A DNA stretch of 64,000 nucleotides, taken from the NCBI GenBank assembly GCA_973895155.1, contig OZ316891.1, positions 21,278,169 to 21,342,168 of the forward strand. Direction: 5' to 3'. A program made the position numbers and the translations under genes. The DNA is from Marsupella aquatica. Its lineage: Eukaryota > Plantae > Marchantiophyta. The notes beneath the pieces are model-generated. The model did not search any database. It was given only the letters and a program-made list of their open reading frames with translations, and had not been told where the DNA came from. Below, one piece after another: positions 12,177 to 24,595 of this stretch; positions within the stretch are counted from its first letter, which is position 1; the number at the start of each line of letters is the position of its first letter.

Positions 12177-13808
12177 ATGAGAGTGATGGAAATCGAAGGG
12201 CGAAGGGTTGGAATGGCGTCGCGCTTGAAAGGGTGGCGGCAGCATAGGACGCTCGTGCTGGTGATAATTGCTTCCATTCTGGAGAGAGCAGACGTGGCAG
12301 TGATCCCAGCTGTGTACAGAGAAATAGGCTTGGCGATGCATTTCAATCCAACCTCAATAGGCGTTTTCAGGCTGGTGCAGATGCTCACGCAGGCAATCTC
12401 TTCCCCATTTGCTGGATACCTTGCATTGCGCTACAAGCGGACGAGAGTGATCGCAGGGGGAGCATTCGTGTCCACCATCGCCACGTTCAGCATCGGCATT
12501 TCCACCACCTTCCCCCAGATAGCCTTTTCCATAGCTCTCAACAGTCTGGGCGTGGCTGTCACCTGGCCGGCGATCCAATCCCTCATAGCGGATGCCACCG
12601 ATGAGAGCAACAGAGGAACTACTTTTGGATGGCTCCAACTCACGTCTCACGGAGGAGCGCTCTTTGGTGGAGTGACTGCTGTGCTGCTGGCCGGCACCTC
12701 CGTGTTGGGTATCTCTGGATGGCGGGTGGCGTTCTTTCTCATGTCCGCCCTCTCGCTCCTCATTGCCGTCTCTCTCCAACTCTTTGCAGAAGAACCAGTT
12801 CAGAATTCTGGCTCTCCTCTTGGTGCTGGTGGTTGGGGCGAAGAATTAGCCAAATCCACAATGGAAAATGGAGGAGAAGGAGAAGGAGAATTAGCAGCTT
12901 GCATAGAGAAAAAACCTTTCCACGTCAAAGCAGCTAGGGAGCAATGGAAGGACATGTTAGAGGACGTGAGGCTGGTCGTGGGGGTGAAGACGTTCCAGAT
13001 GATAGTGCTGCAAGGCATGGTGGTGTCCATCGGATGGTCCGCCCTCTCGTTCTCGACCATGTGGTTGGAGTTGGTCGGATTCTCCCATCCCCAGACGGCA
13101 ACCATTTTGGGGCTCTTCATCCTGGCAGGATCTCTGGGAGGTCTCTTCGGAGGATTCATGGGGGACCGAATCACTAGAGTACTACCCAATGCAGGGAGGA
13201 TCATTCTAGCTCAGTTCAGCAATGGGATTGCCGTTCCCTTCACCACAATTCTGCTGCTTCTGCTGACGGTGAACCCCTCCACGCCCTTCTATCACGGCCT
13301 GGTGTTCTTCCTGATGGGGTGCTGCATGTCCTGGACGGCACCGGCCGCGAACTATCCCATCATGGCCGAGATCGTGCCCTCCAAGTCCCGCACGAACGTC
13401 TACGCTCTGGAGAAGGGATTCGTCAGCATTCTGGGAGCCTTCTCTCCGCCGCTTGTGGGGCTGATGTCTGAGAAGGTCTTCGGCTACGTACCCGTTCCAA
13501 AAGGAGCTGACGGAAAGCTCCTCGTGAGCATGGATAGGAAGAATGCCGTGGCTCTAGGCCATGCTATGTACGCTTGCGCTGGACTGCCTTTCTTACTTTG
13601 TTGCCTGTTGTTCACTCCACTCTACTGGTATTATCCCAGGGATCGTGACCATGTCCGTGATCAGCTTCAAGCAGGTCAGAATCCACAAGATCTATCTGCA
13701 GGAGAGAAAGCCCAGTTTTGCATCATCCCAGAGGACGAGGAGGAGCCTCTGGGAGACGAGAACGAAGACTCGCGCGGCCTTTTAGGCCAAAAGCTGAGAT
13801 CAGTTTAG
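12177..13808 (+). CDS. Major facilitator superfamily transporter, plant UNE2-like family, intronless
   Basis: 543-aa ORF with many hydrophobic segments. Family-typical ILERAD..IPAVYREIG, IQSLIADATDESNRG..FGWLQLT, GGFMGD, AEIVP..SRT and YWYYPRDRD. Confidence 0.93.
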   Translation: MRVMEIEGRRVGMASRLKGWRQHRTLVLVIIASILERADVAVIPAVYREIGLAMHFNPTSIGVFRLVQMLTQAISSPFAGYLALRYKRTRVIAGGAFVSTIATFSIGISTTFPQIAFSIALNSLGVAVTWPAIQSLIADATDESNRGTTFGWLQLTSHGGALFGGVTAVLLAGTSVLGISGWRVAFFLMSALSLLIAVSLQLFAEEPVQNSGSPLGAGGWGEELAKSTMENGGEGEGELAACIEKKPFHVKAAREQWKDMLEDVRLVVGVKTFQMIVLQGMVVSIGWSALSFSTMWLELVGFSHPQTATILGLFILAGSLGGLFGGFMGDRITRVLPNAGRIILAQFSNGIAVPFTTILLLLLTVNPSTPFYHGLVFFLMGCCMSWTAPAANYPIMAEIVPSKSRTNVYALEKGFVSILGAFSPPLVGLMSEKVFGYVPVPKGADGKLLVSMDRKNAVALGHAMYACAGLPFLLCCLLFTPLYWYYPRDRDHVRDQLQAGQNPQDLSAGEKAQFCIIPEDEEEPLGDENEDSRGLLGQKLRSV

Positions 13809-15573
13809 TACAGTCGTCCAAGTTCTGCCATAGTTATCACCGGCACAACGGTTAAAAGAAGGATGCCTCACACTTTCCGCCGTCCTCGGGGGAGCCTCTG
13901 AGCAATTGATAAAAAGTTATACTCACTTCCGAAAACATGTATCTGTTTTTTCCAGTGTCATCGTCAGTCACGCAATGGAATTCGTGATTGAACTAGTGAC
14001 CTCGATACAAGCTATCTCCACATGCCAAAAGTGCCACAACTCCAGAGGTTCGAATGACCAGAACTGGATGTAATCCAAGACAAGGTCTTTCTGCAGAGTC
14101 TGCCTCTGATCGGAGGTGACTCAACTAATGACACAGCACAATCCATTCATGCAAATCCAGCGTTGGCGAGGTGGAAACTTCACTGTTCATATATTAGGCC
14201 AAATCCAAGGCAGAAGGTATACATGGACAGGTTCACTTTGAGGTGATCCTCATTCTGAAATATGTTGGTGCCCCATCCCCAAGAATGAATACAGTTATAA
14301 TTGCAGAGAGAAATAGTTGCGAGTACTGTTCTTCCGATCAAATTTTCACCGATAGCAAGCGAGTTCTGACCCGGGCTGTGTACAGGAGGACGCATCCATG
14401 TTTTGATTTGAAGTAAGCGAAATAAGTACATACACAATCGGTCCAGTTTGGTCACCATGTCTGGAGAATGAACCACTGAGAAGAGCAGCGTCATCCGTCA
14501 CATCATTTTGCGTACTTTGATGGTAACAAAACGATATGCGTAAGAAGTTCGCTTCCTCGTATCCTGGGAATCCATTCCATTTCCTAGCCGAAGCTTTAGA
14601 GGCAATAATCGAACGCATGGCAGGCCAAGATGTTTGTACTGCAAGACCTCGTGGCGTTTACTCTGACCTCCCAGGAACTTCATCAGAAAAAGGGCTCTAC
14701 TAATGAGAGCACACAATGAGTGGATTTGAAACCTTTGCAGCAGATTATTCCACTGGTCCTTGCCAACAGACACAACTCGAAAATTGTAACTTAAGTTTTT
14801 AGGCTCCAAGCTCCAACTCATTCTCTGCCAACTACTATTAAAACACTAGTGAAGCTTCAGCACATGCCTGGGAGCTGGTATTATATCGCTCGCACCAGAC
14901 AGGTCCGCCCCATACTCAGGTCTTGACACTCCGCAGTGCAGCAACTGGCACATTCTACCACAGAAAACCTCTAGCGATGCAATAGAATTTCGTCACACTG
15001 CGACAATATGAACAGGGAGTCGACGAGATAGCAAGTTTCGGTACGACATGCTTTCCAAGATCAGGAGGCATTTCATGCCACACGCGACTCAGCTGTTCTG
15101 GAAAAGTCACTTGATAGTCAGTTCTAATTCGATACATCACAAGACAAGTGATGCGCTGTGACCTCTTAACAAGCAATGGACGCTGCTCTCCAAGGCTTAC
15201 ACACACACAACTCGCTGTCGTCAAGCATGATAAAGGGCACACCACTGAGGAATAAGATCAGACCATAGACCAAGTACGAGTACTCAACTTTGTAAAGTAT
15301 AAAACCCTTCCCTTGACAAAAACGTTTCAAGAAGAGTTAATTTCCTCCAACTTCCTATACACTTGTCTAGCTTCCTGTCAAGCATTCTACAAGGATTCGA
15401 GTGGCATCCCCTAGGCCTCGACTGCTTTCACACTGGTGAGGTTATACAAGATTTTTTAATAAAGAATTCGTCGTCTACAACTCGGCTCAAATGTGCCGAG
15501 GGTCCAGCACACAAGCTAATATCTGTTCAAATATCAAGAACTATACAAATTTTGGCCAACAACTATGAACAAA

Positions 15574-18409
15574 CTATCCTGGAGTTGTCAAGGACGTCAT
15601 GGCTGCAAGCCTTGTTAGTGTCCGCTTATGGTAAAGGATGCGTTGTTTTCTGTATTTAGAAATGAATTCAGCCATATCTATCTCGCCCTGAAGAACCTGC
15701 AGATGAGTTTTCTCAGACTCCTCGTCAGCATCGTTTGCTGCTTCTGCAAAATGTAACACAAAAGTAGTTGGACTTTGTTTAAGAAGAGCCTGATGAGAAT
15801 GGAAATGGAAAGTGATAAGAGAACAGATTTCACCTCCTCGAGTTTGGATTGTTCACAACTATCTCGTCATCACTGACTTTTGGAACTTCAAAGAGAGGAC
15901 ATACCCTGAAGCCGATCTAATAGGGAGGCCGGAGAATATTGTCCATTGATTTCCTTCTCCCGCTTCTCAACCTCCTCAAAGCTCTCACGAGCAGCTGCTA
16001 GCTGTGTGTTTCTAATAATCATACACTACAGGACGAAACAGAAAATAAGATACCATCACATCTCCATGACCTATTTGCAATGGCTAGACAGCAGAACTTT
16101 ATCACCTCTGCTTTATCTCAAAACCTCATTGCACTCAAAGCAGGAGTTGGTGAAGCTTCCCTACAGCACAATACTTCTGTAACCAAAAGTGGTGTTTTCC
16201 ACCACCGCACAACAGATCGTGTGCACTATGAGAACAGAACATGATCGCTTCAATCAGCTGAATTAACCTTTGCCTGAGATGCTAAGCAAGGGAAAAAAAC
16301 AACGCTCGACAATTACGAGAAAACTCAGGTTCGCAAAGTAGCAGAGATCTGTCAAGACCAAACGATCAGTAGGGCACGGATTCTTATTACCTGATTTCGA
16401 AGCTCAGCAATCTCTGCCTCCTTGCCCAAATTATGCCCTGATCACGGAAGACAATTGATGAATTTCAAAAACGGGAACAAATGGACTGCAAGGCGTGCTA
16501 TTTCCGACCTTGACTTTGATATGCTCAAGAAAATTTAAGTGGTTCGAAGAGCAATTTTCTATCTACTCAGAATGGACCAATACGGGCGGACAAGCTTCTG
16601 CCCGTCGCTTATCATTAACATGATAATATGTCAAAGACTGATGAAACAAACTCTATAAGATACAATTGTAAGGTATGGTAAACTGACAGCAGTCTAGCTG
16701 TACGTTAATCACAGTATCGTCTTGTGCAAGTCTTAGAAAACGACATGGAACGCTTAATCGAGATAAACAAGGAGAAATTTTGTCAACATTCCTACCAAAG
16801 AATCAATTGCGACATGCGTGTCCTGCTCTGAAAGTGATCTGCACATGCTGTCAGGAGTATGCATTAAAGGTCAAAGCCAACTCACTTGCAAGTTCTACAT
16901 TCCCTTTCTTTAGGTCGTTACGGAGCTGCAAAATCAAAGACAGGGTACCAACTCAGTTGTAAATCTCAAAATCCCCTGGAACAAACACAACTTGGTGACA
17001 ATAACCTACCCACAAACCTACAGCTTTGAAGATTACCATTATTGATCCATCCTTGCCAAGTATGCAGAAATCTAGCAGTCTGAATCACCAAATCAATACA
17101 AATAGTCTTGCCAGGACGTGTTCAAAGCACAAGCACGACATACCGCATCTAGATGTCGGACTTGATCAAGCGAATGTAAAAACGACGTGTACATGTCTTT
17201 ATCCAATAGCAGAGCACGGAGCTCGTCCACTCTGCACCCACAACCATAGTCTATGAGAACGGGCCCTAAATTAGGGCATTCATCGAATCACCAAGCGGAC
17301 ACTCAAGATAGGGAATTTGGCGCTATCGGGAAGGAACACAGGTGATAGAATGTGTCTTGGGCACCACGAATGCAATAATAAAATTGGGAAGACCTTCTAT
17401 CCCTGGCGCCAGGTAATCAGAATTTGATAGAGATTTGGCAGCTTTCTATACTCGACATGGAGGCACTCTAACCTCAAATAGACACGAGGACTCGAGGATT
17501 GCGATTTATAGAAACTAAGAGATTGGCTGTCCAGTACTCGGCTATTCCACAGCAACTATAAGAGCTTGGAAAATTAGCCTCGAAAGCTCAAGTGCCAGAA
17601 TTAAAATTTTCCACATGTAAACCAATATTCGTGGACGGTTTCCTAACAGTTTCCCAACCCAATCCAACATAACTCTCCCGAGGCTACTCCACAATGAATT
17701 CTTACTATGAATCTCGATAACTTATTCGCAAAGCTTTCCGTGCAGATAAAATATTTCCAACAAGCCGGTAGGTTAAGCAGGTTTCCACACAATTGTCGCG
17801 ACATACAGACAGGCTGCTCAAATTTGGCACACCAAACGTGTCTCAACGACGGTGACCTAAAATCCAAGAACAAGGTTCGCTATTTGCATATAAGAGAGAA
17901 ATCGCAATCCAGTCCAGGTTACTATTCTTGATCAACAACACAGGGAATCAAAGTCCAATAATAGGTATTCGTGAGCAGGAGTCTCACCCGGAGAGTTCGG
18001 TGAAATCCTTTCTAGAGGAAGGTAGGCAGGACTCGTTCACTTCTAGAGGAAGAAAGATGAAAAACCTCGAGAGTTAAAGGGAGAACAGCAAGTAAACGTA
18101 CCCCTTATCCTTAAGGGCAGGATGGGCGTTGCTGATGGAAGGCATTGGACGCGGAGACTGGGAAGAGTTGGTGGCAGGGGAGCGCGGCCTAGGAGAGTCA
18201 CTGCTCGTCGCTGCACTGGTTCTGGAAAGGGGATTCCTTGTAGATAGCCCGGAGCTGGGGGAGTTAAAAGACGAGCTTGTAGAAGGGCCCATCACAGAAG
18301 GTGGATACCACGACTGAGTGGGAATGAATGGCGTCCCCGAATCCGCTGCCACTGGCTGATGCTGTTGCTGTGGCGGCCGTCCGCCTTCTCTCATCACCAC
18401 CCCATCCAT
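15574..18409 (-). CDS. VPS37: ESCRT-I subunit VPS37 homolog
   Basis: Phase-consistent GT-AG exons 18409(or 18394)-18102, 17231-17144, 16925-16886, 16437-16391, 16025-15905, 15743-15574. They give QSWYPPSV...LKDKG VDELRALL..., EIAELRNQCMIIR, YSPASLLDRLQ, FISKYRKQRILYHKR (Mod(r) domain). Confidence 0.92.
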
Positions 18410-19399
18410 CAGCTCCCCCAACCCGAATCGACTTCCCCCCCCTATTTTCACTAACTTGCCTCCCCCGCCAACCTCCTCGATCAATCACACCACGAGAACG
18501 CAACGAACTCTCCTGATCTGCCCTGAGTGCACCAAATCCCAAGGCGTTCCGCCCCGCTCTGCCCCGCTCTGCTCTTGCTATCTGCTCTGCCTCTTCTCAC
18601 TCGCCTTGGTTGGAGCCAAATTGCACTCCGTCTATAATCGAACGAACCACAAACCTAATTGCTTAAGAAACCTCCCTGACCTTGTTCTCCACAACCGTGC
18701 TCCTCCCCTGCTTTCCTCGCAGACAAACCTCCACAGTCAATCTCACAACAATCATACCACGCAATAAACACTCTGCCTGATCTGCAAGTAAGCCTCTGGA
18801 AGTAAGCCACACACAGCCCTAAACTGCGCGCATCAAATCCACAACCTCTTCCGCTTCAGCCTCCTCTCTGCTTCTCGCTCCGCTCCGCTTTCTCCTGCTC
18901 TGCGTCCGGCTCGCCTTGGCGGTCGCCGATTCGACACCTTCCACAGTGATACACCACCAATTCGGAGCCAGCGAACACGGGGAAAAATTCACTACTCCAC
19001 CTACGACACATACACCACAGACGGGCAGACAGATCGATCGGAGCAAGAGCAGGAGCAAGGCAGTTCACTCCAGCCTCGTAGGATACAAAAGAGGGCACGG
19101 ATTTCTTCGAAAGCGAGGTCTCCAAAAGAATCCGTCCATCCACAGTGCTGCCACTGTTGCGGCGTCGTCCGGAAAGAGTGAGGCGATGGCTTTGCCGCAG
19201 CGAATGAAGGTCGGCGTGGCGCGTGTATCCCGTGGCCCCAACACAACACAACCCAGGAGGAGGTGGAGGAGGAGGAGGAGGAGGAAGATTGATGGGAACG
19301 AAAAAGAAGCGAGGAAGAAAAGGAACCGACGGGGACCGACCCACCGAAAGCGAGGGAGGGAGAGAGGGACGAGAGGAACGCTCGAGGAAGAAGAGGACG

Positions 19400-20350
19400 A
19401 GAGGGAGAATTGCAGTGCAAGGAACTATGAGACACGGTACCAGACTCGTGACCAAATCTACCTTGTCACAAGGAACTGGAAGACACATCACCAACACATT
19501 ACCAGACTCGTGACCAAATCTGCTTGGTCACAATACGGGTCTCAAAGCTGGTTGAAAGTTGGGTGGTTATAAGTTCCCGACTTCTGGAAAAAAGGGGGAA
19601 AAAAATAAATTTGGGGGGGGGGGGAGGTAGCATTGATGGGAGTGAAAAAAATGTTGGGAAGTATCCTGGTTACTAGGAAGTCAGTGATAGAAACTCAGCC
19701 ATGTCATCTTAGGATTAGCTTCAGATTAGTTCAGGTAGATCAGGCATCACAAGTTAATTGTCCTTTAGGCTTACTTTAGGTTAGCCTAAGATTAGCGGTT
19801 AGAATTATGGTAACCTTTTTAGTCCATTGATCTCTCCTTCTGTGGCGGCTTCACCAGCCACTATTTACTCTGGCCTTCGGGCACTTGTATTAACGAGTAG
19901 AAAATCATTCCAACAAAAGATCCAACCAAGAAAAGGAACCAGCAGGGACCTACCCACCAAACAAGAGGGAGGGAGGGAGCGAGGGAGCGAGGGACAAGAG
20001 AAACACTTGAAGAAGAGGAGAATTGAGGTGCAAGGAACTGTAAGACAGGTACCAGACTTGTGACCAAATCTACCTGGTCATAATAGGGGTCTTAAAGGTT
20101 TAGTGACTGCAAGTTCCAGATATATGGTCTACCCTGTAACTGCGTATGGAACCCAGTTAAGGAATTTGAGAAATGGGGGAAGGTAGCATTGAAGGGAGCA
20201 AAAAAGAAGCCACTGCAAAAAGGAACTAACCACCGAACAAGAGGGAGGGAGGGTCAAGAGGAACGAAGAGCACGGAGAGGACAAGAGGGAGAATGGCACT
20301 TCAGGGAACTGTAAGACACTACCAGAACCATGGCCAAATACCTGGTCAAA
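19400..20350. repeat. Three degenerate copies of a ~60-100-bp unit
   Basis: gagaattg..gtgcaaggaactrtragacr..taccagac...accaaat at ~19405, ~20018 and ~20290. Confidence 0.65.
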
Positions 20351-20624
20351 GTAGGGATGTTCCAAACCTCATTTGATGGACCTTAACTTAGTACTTAATG
20401 CCCTTCATGATTTTTCCCTTTGTATTTTTCAGGGCATTTTGGGAGGATAATGCCCCTGTCAAGTTCTTTAGAAAGATTCTCCCCTACTTTGATTGAAGTT
20501 ACAAAAAACAGAAATCTCTTGGGCATTCAAGTGTAGTAAGGTCATGTTTAGGAAACATTATGGGCAATATTAACCCTTCAGAAAACTCAAGCTTCTAAAC
20601 ATAACTTTACTGTATACTTAAGGT

Positions 20625-20880
20625 AATGGACAAAAACAGTTATGGAACACCAACTTTATAATTCATAACCTTTTGCCACAAAGATCGGTGATATGCCATG
20701 ACATTAAGTAGGTGATGGACAAAAACAGTTATGGAATACCAACTTTATAATCCATAACCTTTTGCCAGAGAGACTGGTTGTATGCCACGACAAGTCACAA
20801 TAGAGGCTAGTGTATTTTATTTTTTTACAGGACCGTGGAAAGCTGAGAACAAATGGCCAAAAGCCATCATCCATAGAAAT
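20625..20880. repeat. Dispersed repeat, internally duplicated, related copy at ~26720-26900
   Basis: gttatggaayaccaa...cataac.ttttgcca...tatgcc...caagtca and tggccaaaagccatcat shared between loci. Confidence 0.6.
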
Positions 20881-20964
20881 ACAAAGAGAAAATCACAGGA
20901 GGGGTTTATGGTTTTGACAATAATGTGTAGAGTATGGTTTCAAACAATTTCAATTCCTAGATGT

Positions 20965-21036
20965 GGACCCACTAGCTCAGTGGTAGAGCATTACAATGTG
21001 CAGGGGAGGGTCCTAGGTTCAATTCCTGTAAAGGAG
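20965..21036 (+). mobile_element. tRNA-derived SINE head or tRNA pseudogene
   Basis: A-box tagctcagtggtagagc and B-box ggttcaattcc, but anticodon and acceptor stems do not pair properly. Confidence 0.55.
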
Positions 21037-21697
21037 TCGTAGAGCACTACAATGTACACTAGACCCGGTCCATGTTGTCAAAAGTTGTAACAACAATACT
21101 GCGTTGAATTCCTTGCGGGGTCTATGTTGTCAAAAGTTGTAACAAGGATAATGACATGTATGCTCTGACATAAACATTTACATGCAAGGAAGAATCCCAT
21201 GATTCCGAGAGGCCTAGAACCAAATAATTATGCAAGAAAACACAAAATGTATCTCTATAGCTCTGAGAGTCCCTACCGAATGTTGTGATTACTCAAGTTG
21301 TTGTCATCGGATTGGGGAAGATGAGGCCAAAAGTGTAAATTTCTTTTAGTAAATGATGATCCAAATGGCAATTTTTCATTACCATCCACCTGTCATGCAG
21401 ATTAAGAGCAATCAAAACACCAGTTTCATATCATGATATAGGAGTACACACATCCCTTTAGGAGCACTTCACAAATTTCTCTTGGCAAAGCAAACACCAC
21501 TTTCACAACAATCATGTTATGAATGGTTGTCAATGACTAGAATTTGGCCACTTGCAAAGATGAAAAAAACAAAGTGAACTAAATTCAGCTACGCTTTGAA
21601 ACTACAAATATTACGAAGGTGATGGTTGTACACATAAAATCAAAATCCTCAGGAACTCCTAGGGCATGGTCCCCTAGGCAGAGTTAAAATGGTTATC

Positions 21698-24595
21698 TCA
21701 ACCAGGTAAATAGTAGTCCATTTTCTCAACCGGAAGATTGAGGACTGATGTCTCCACCTGCACATCGTCATCAACAGGGTGAGTACTTCCAGAAACCAGG
21801 TACGGAGACGAGAAACAAGAAACCCTGGATGACAATCTGATTATAGCCAGATATAAAACTGTACTACATTTCTGAATTAATTTAGTGCATAACAGAAGTA
21901 CATTGCAAACGATGGAAAACACTTCCATTTCATACTACTCAAGTCAAGGTAACAGCTTCTCCATGACACAAGGAGAAAACAGATGATATAGCAGCGAAGG
22001 TGGGCAGGAATCCAGTCATGTCGCCTCACTACAGACCTCTTCAAACGGTACAAATACCAGGGACGCCATTCCCCTTTTGTGGGAAACAGCAGGAACATCC
22101 GGATCATGAGATTCATATTCCTCCCATCCTTCTACAGCATTCAGCACATCCTCGTCTCTAATGTGAGTAGCATCTTCTCCAACACCAGATGTAACCAGTG
22201 AGAGTATGTCCATCCGATTGTTTGCCCCAGGAGTTGTCCCGCGTATTCTGTTCACATCCACAGCAGAATGTCACTTTGATAAAATGGAAATTTAAATTTC
22301 AATATCTTAGGGGATAATAAGTCCGAAAGCGCTCAAGCCAACACCTCTCGACAGTGTTTTCTATGCATTGAAATTAGACAGAAACTTGCAGTCCTACCCT
22401 AAAGAATGACCAAAAACGATGAAGGGAAGGAAACCATACCTAAAGCGGATTCTCAATACAGTAGGACGACGGCCAGGGTAAAGAATGGCAGCTTCAATCT
22501 GGCAGAGTGTAAAAGTCAATATCGGGCTAAATTAAATATGTATCGAGTTGACGCTGACCACGATTTCGATGTGTCAGCTTCGACATATTTCTGTAATACT
22601 AAGTCTAGTCTTATTTCCCTAATTGCGTCAAGATAAGGTTCTTTGAAGTTACAGTTCAGTCTAATGGTGGAGTAATCTTGATCCCGGAAGAAGTCCAGCA
22701 TCACAGAGCCAAAGCTGGTCATAGTCCATCATGTAGATTATGAATGTGTTTGGATTGAACACGAGGATGGTGGTAGAATACCTGGTTATCGGCAAGAGTA
22801 TACCGTCCGGCAAAGACTGAATCTGATTTAGATGAATGGCTCTGGATTACTTTGGCAACCTCCTTCAGCCGATTGGGAGATATCTACACCAACCAATGAC
22901 AAACAATCTATGTAAAAAAGTCGCATAAGTGAGGTTATTCCGGTCTTAACAAGTAAAAAATGACACATGGCTAATGAAGTGTTCACCCAGTCCATAGATC
23001 TGGAAATTGAACCGTTTTTTGCGTCACTACCGGTCTGAATATATTACCTTGTACAAACATTTCCCACTTGGATAAAACTTCATATATCTGTAGTAGCAGA
23101 CCTGTTAATCAAATAGAACTACGTCAGTGCTGCAAAAGAGGGGAATTCTTAATATCCCAGGTGACAAAACTGACGAGTACCACGTGCCATCCATTTTGCA
23201 GGACCCAGAAAGGAACCATCACAGCAGACGAAAGGTCAACAGGAATAAAATATAGGATTAGTCATACCAGGTGAACCGGATTGGTTATTTTCCATTCGGC
23301 AATGCCGGTACGTATATATGTGTTGCGAGATACATAGAGACCTGGGTCGACAACAATTAGAATCATGCAGTCACTACCACACGCACTTTGTATATTCTGC
23401 TATATTTGTGAAGATCACCGTCACTTTTCCATGGAAGATGACTGTCATCCTTCCAGTGGGATAGAGTGCGCCATGTTATGATCAGTTGTTCCTGTCTAAC
23501 AAGATAGGCACTCAGCAATAGTTCTGACAAACCCTTTCACCTATAAAAAAATTCATCAGATTGACATCCAGTAGCATTTGCCTATGCAAGACGAAGAAAA
23601 ACTCTCACCAACCATCCAAGATCAAAAAGTCACTTTGAATCGAACCCTAATAAATAATTTTCAGCCCTCTTGAAATACTCTCAACAATGTAAGCAGAAAG
23701 GTTTGTCTCTCACAGGGGACGCAAGTAGTGTCAGTTCCCTTCAGAAAAGAGTCGACAAAAACTTCACAACGGCAATAACAAACTCACCGTCAAACCGTAA
23801 CCGTGGCCGCTCTAACCACATCTTCCGCCAAGATCCTTGGTAAGAATGCTGCACTATAGACTCATTTTGTTGAACCCCACAGATCTGCATTCAGCAAGTT
23901 TACCATCTCATGTTAAACGTAGTGTCAGCCAACGAGGTAGCTGAAACTGACGTTTGTCCAGGAGCAGTAAGTGGGTACCGGTCGGCAAGGACAAAGGAAC
24001 ACATACCTGCCATGCTTTCAAGCAAGCACCGCGCCACAATGCAGGGGCTATTAGAGCATATCGCCATTTCCTACAGACACAAGCGCCTCGTCCCAAGGCA
24101 TAGGGAGAAGCACGGAGAAAAACCTACACAAAACATCCGATGGATGAGTATCTCTCATACCTGAAAATATAGTAAAGGCGGTACTTTTGCCTGAAGAATA
24201 GAATCAAAGTTACAAAAATAGTGAAGAGGCTTTGACGGGTCCTTGTACATCTCTTATGCCAAAGCCTTAAGAGCTTGGTTGCCTGGGCTGCCAATTCCCT
24301 CTTACCTCGAAAAGAAGCTCATCGGGAAGCATGCGATGGAGTAAAGAGGGATCTTGTACAGGGGGCAACCTGCTGATGCTTCCTACAGGAGCCACAGGAC
24401 GTACCCTGGTACCATAGAGACCTGACAGTGTGGCAAGAACTTTTGTGTGAGAACTTGCACATCACATTACTCTGCTAGCTTGTCTGCTCGACAATAAGAT
24501 CTCAGAACACATGTAGAGTAGATGAGTAACTCACTCAACCAAGGTCTCCAGGTTTCTAAATACTGCACACTTTTCACGTCCGTTTTGCCACCCAT
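21698..24595 (-). CDS. FBP7: F-box protein 7 (FBP7/SKIP32-like)
   Basis: Phase-consistent exons 24595-24535, 24421-24306, 24123-24007, 23884-23788, 23341-23268, 23101-23048, 22883-22782, 22498-22440, 22247-22037, 21757-21698. Motifs [70 protein letters not shown]. Start codon uncertain. Confidence 0.93.

Noticed and set aside
12354-13204. Antisense ORFs within the MFS gene (and similar ones inside the FUT gene)
   Set aside because: Shadow frames of long coding sequences.
14180-15245. Extra gene between MFS and VPS37
   Set aside because: Short overlapping ORFs without recognisable motifs or a consistent exon chain.
18856-19572. 213/218-aa ORFs
   Set aside because: Overlapping low-complexity frames from GA-rich leader/promoter sequence upstream of VPS37, with no domain motifs.
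20965-21036. Functional tRNA gene
   Set aside because: A/B boxes present but the cloverleaf stems do not close.
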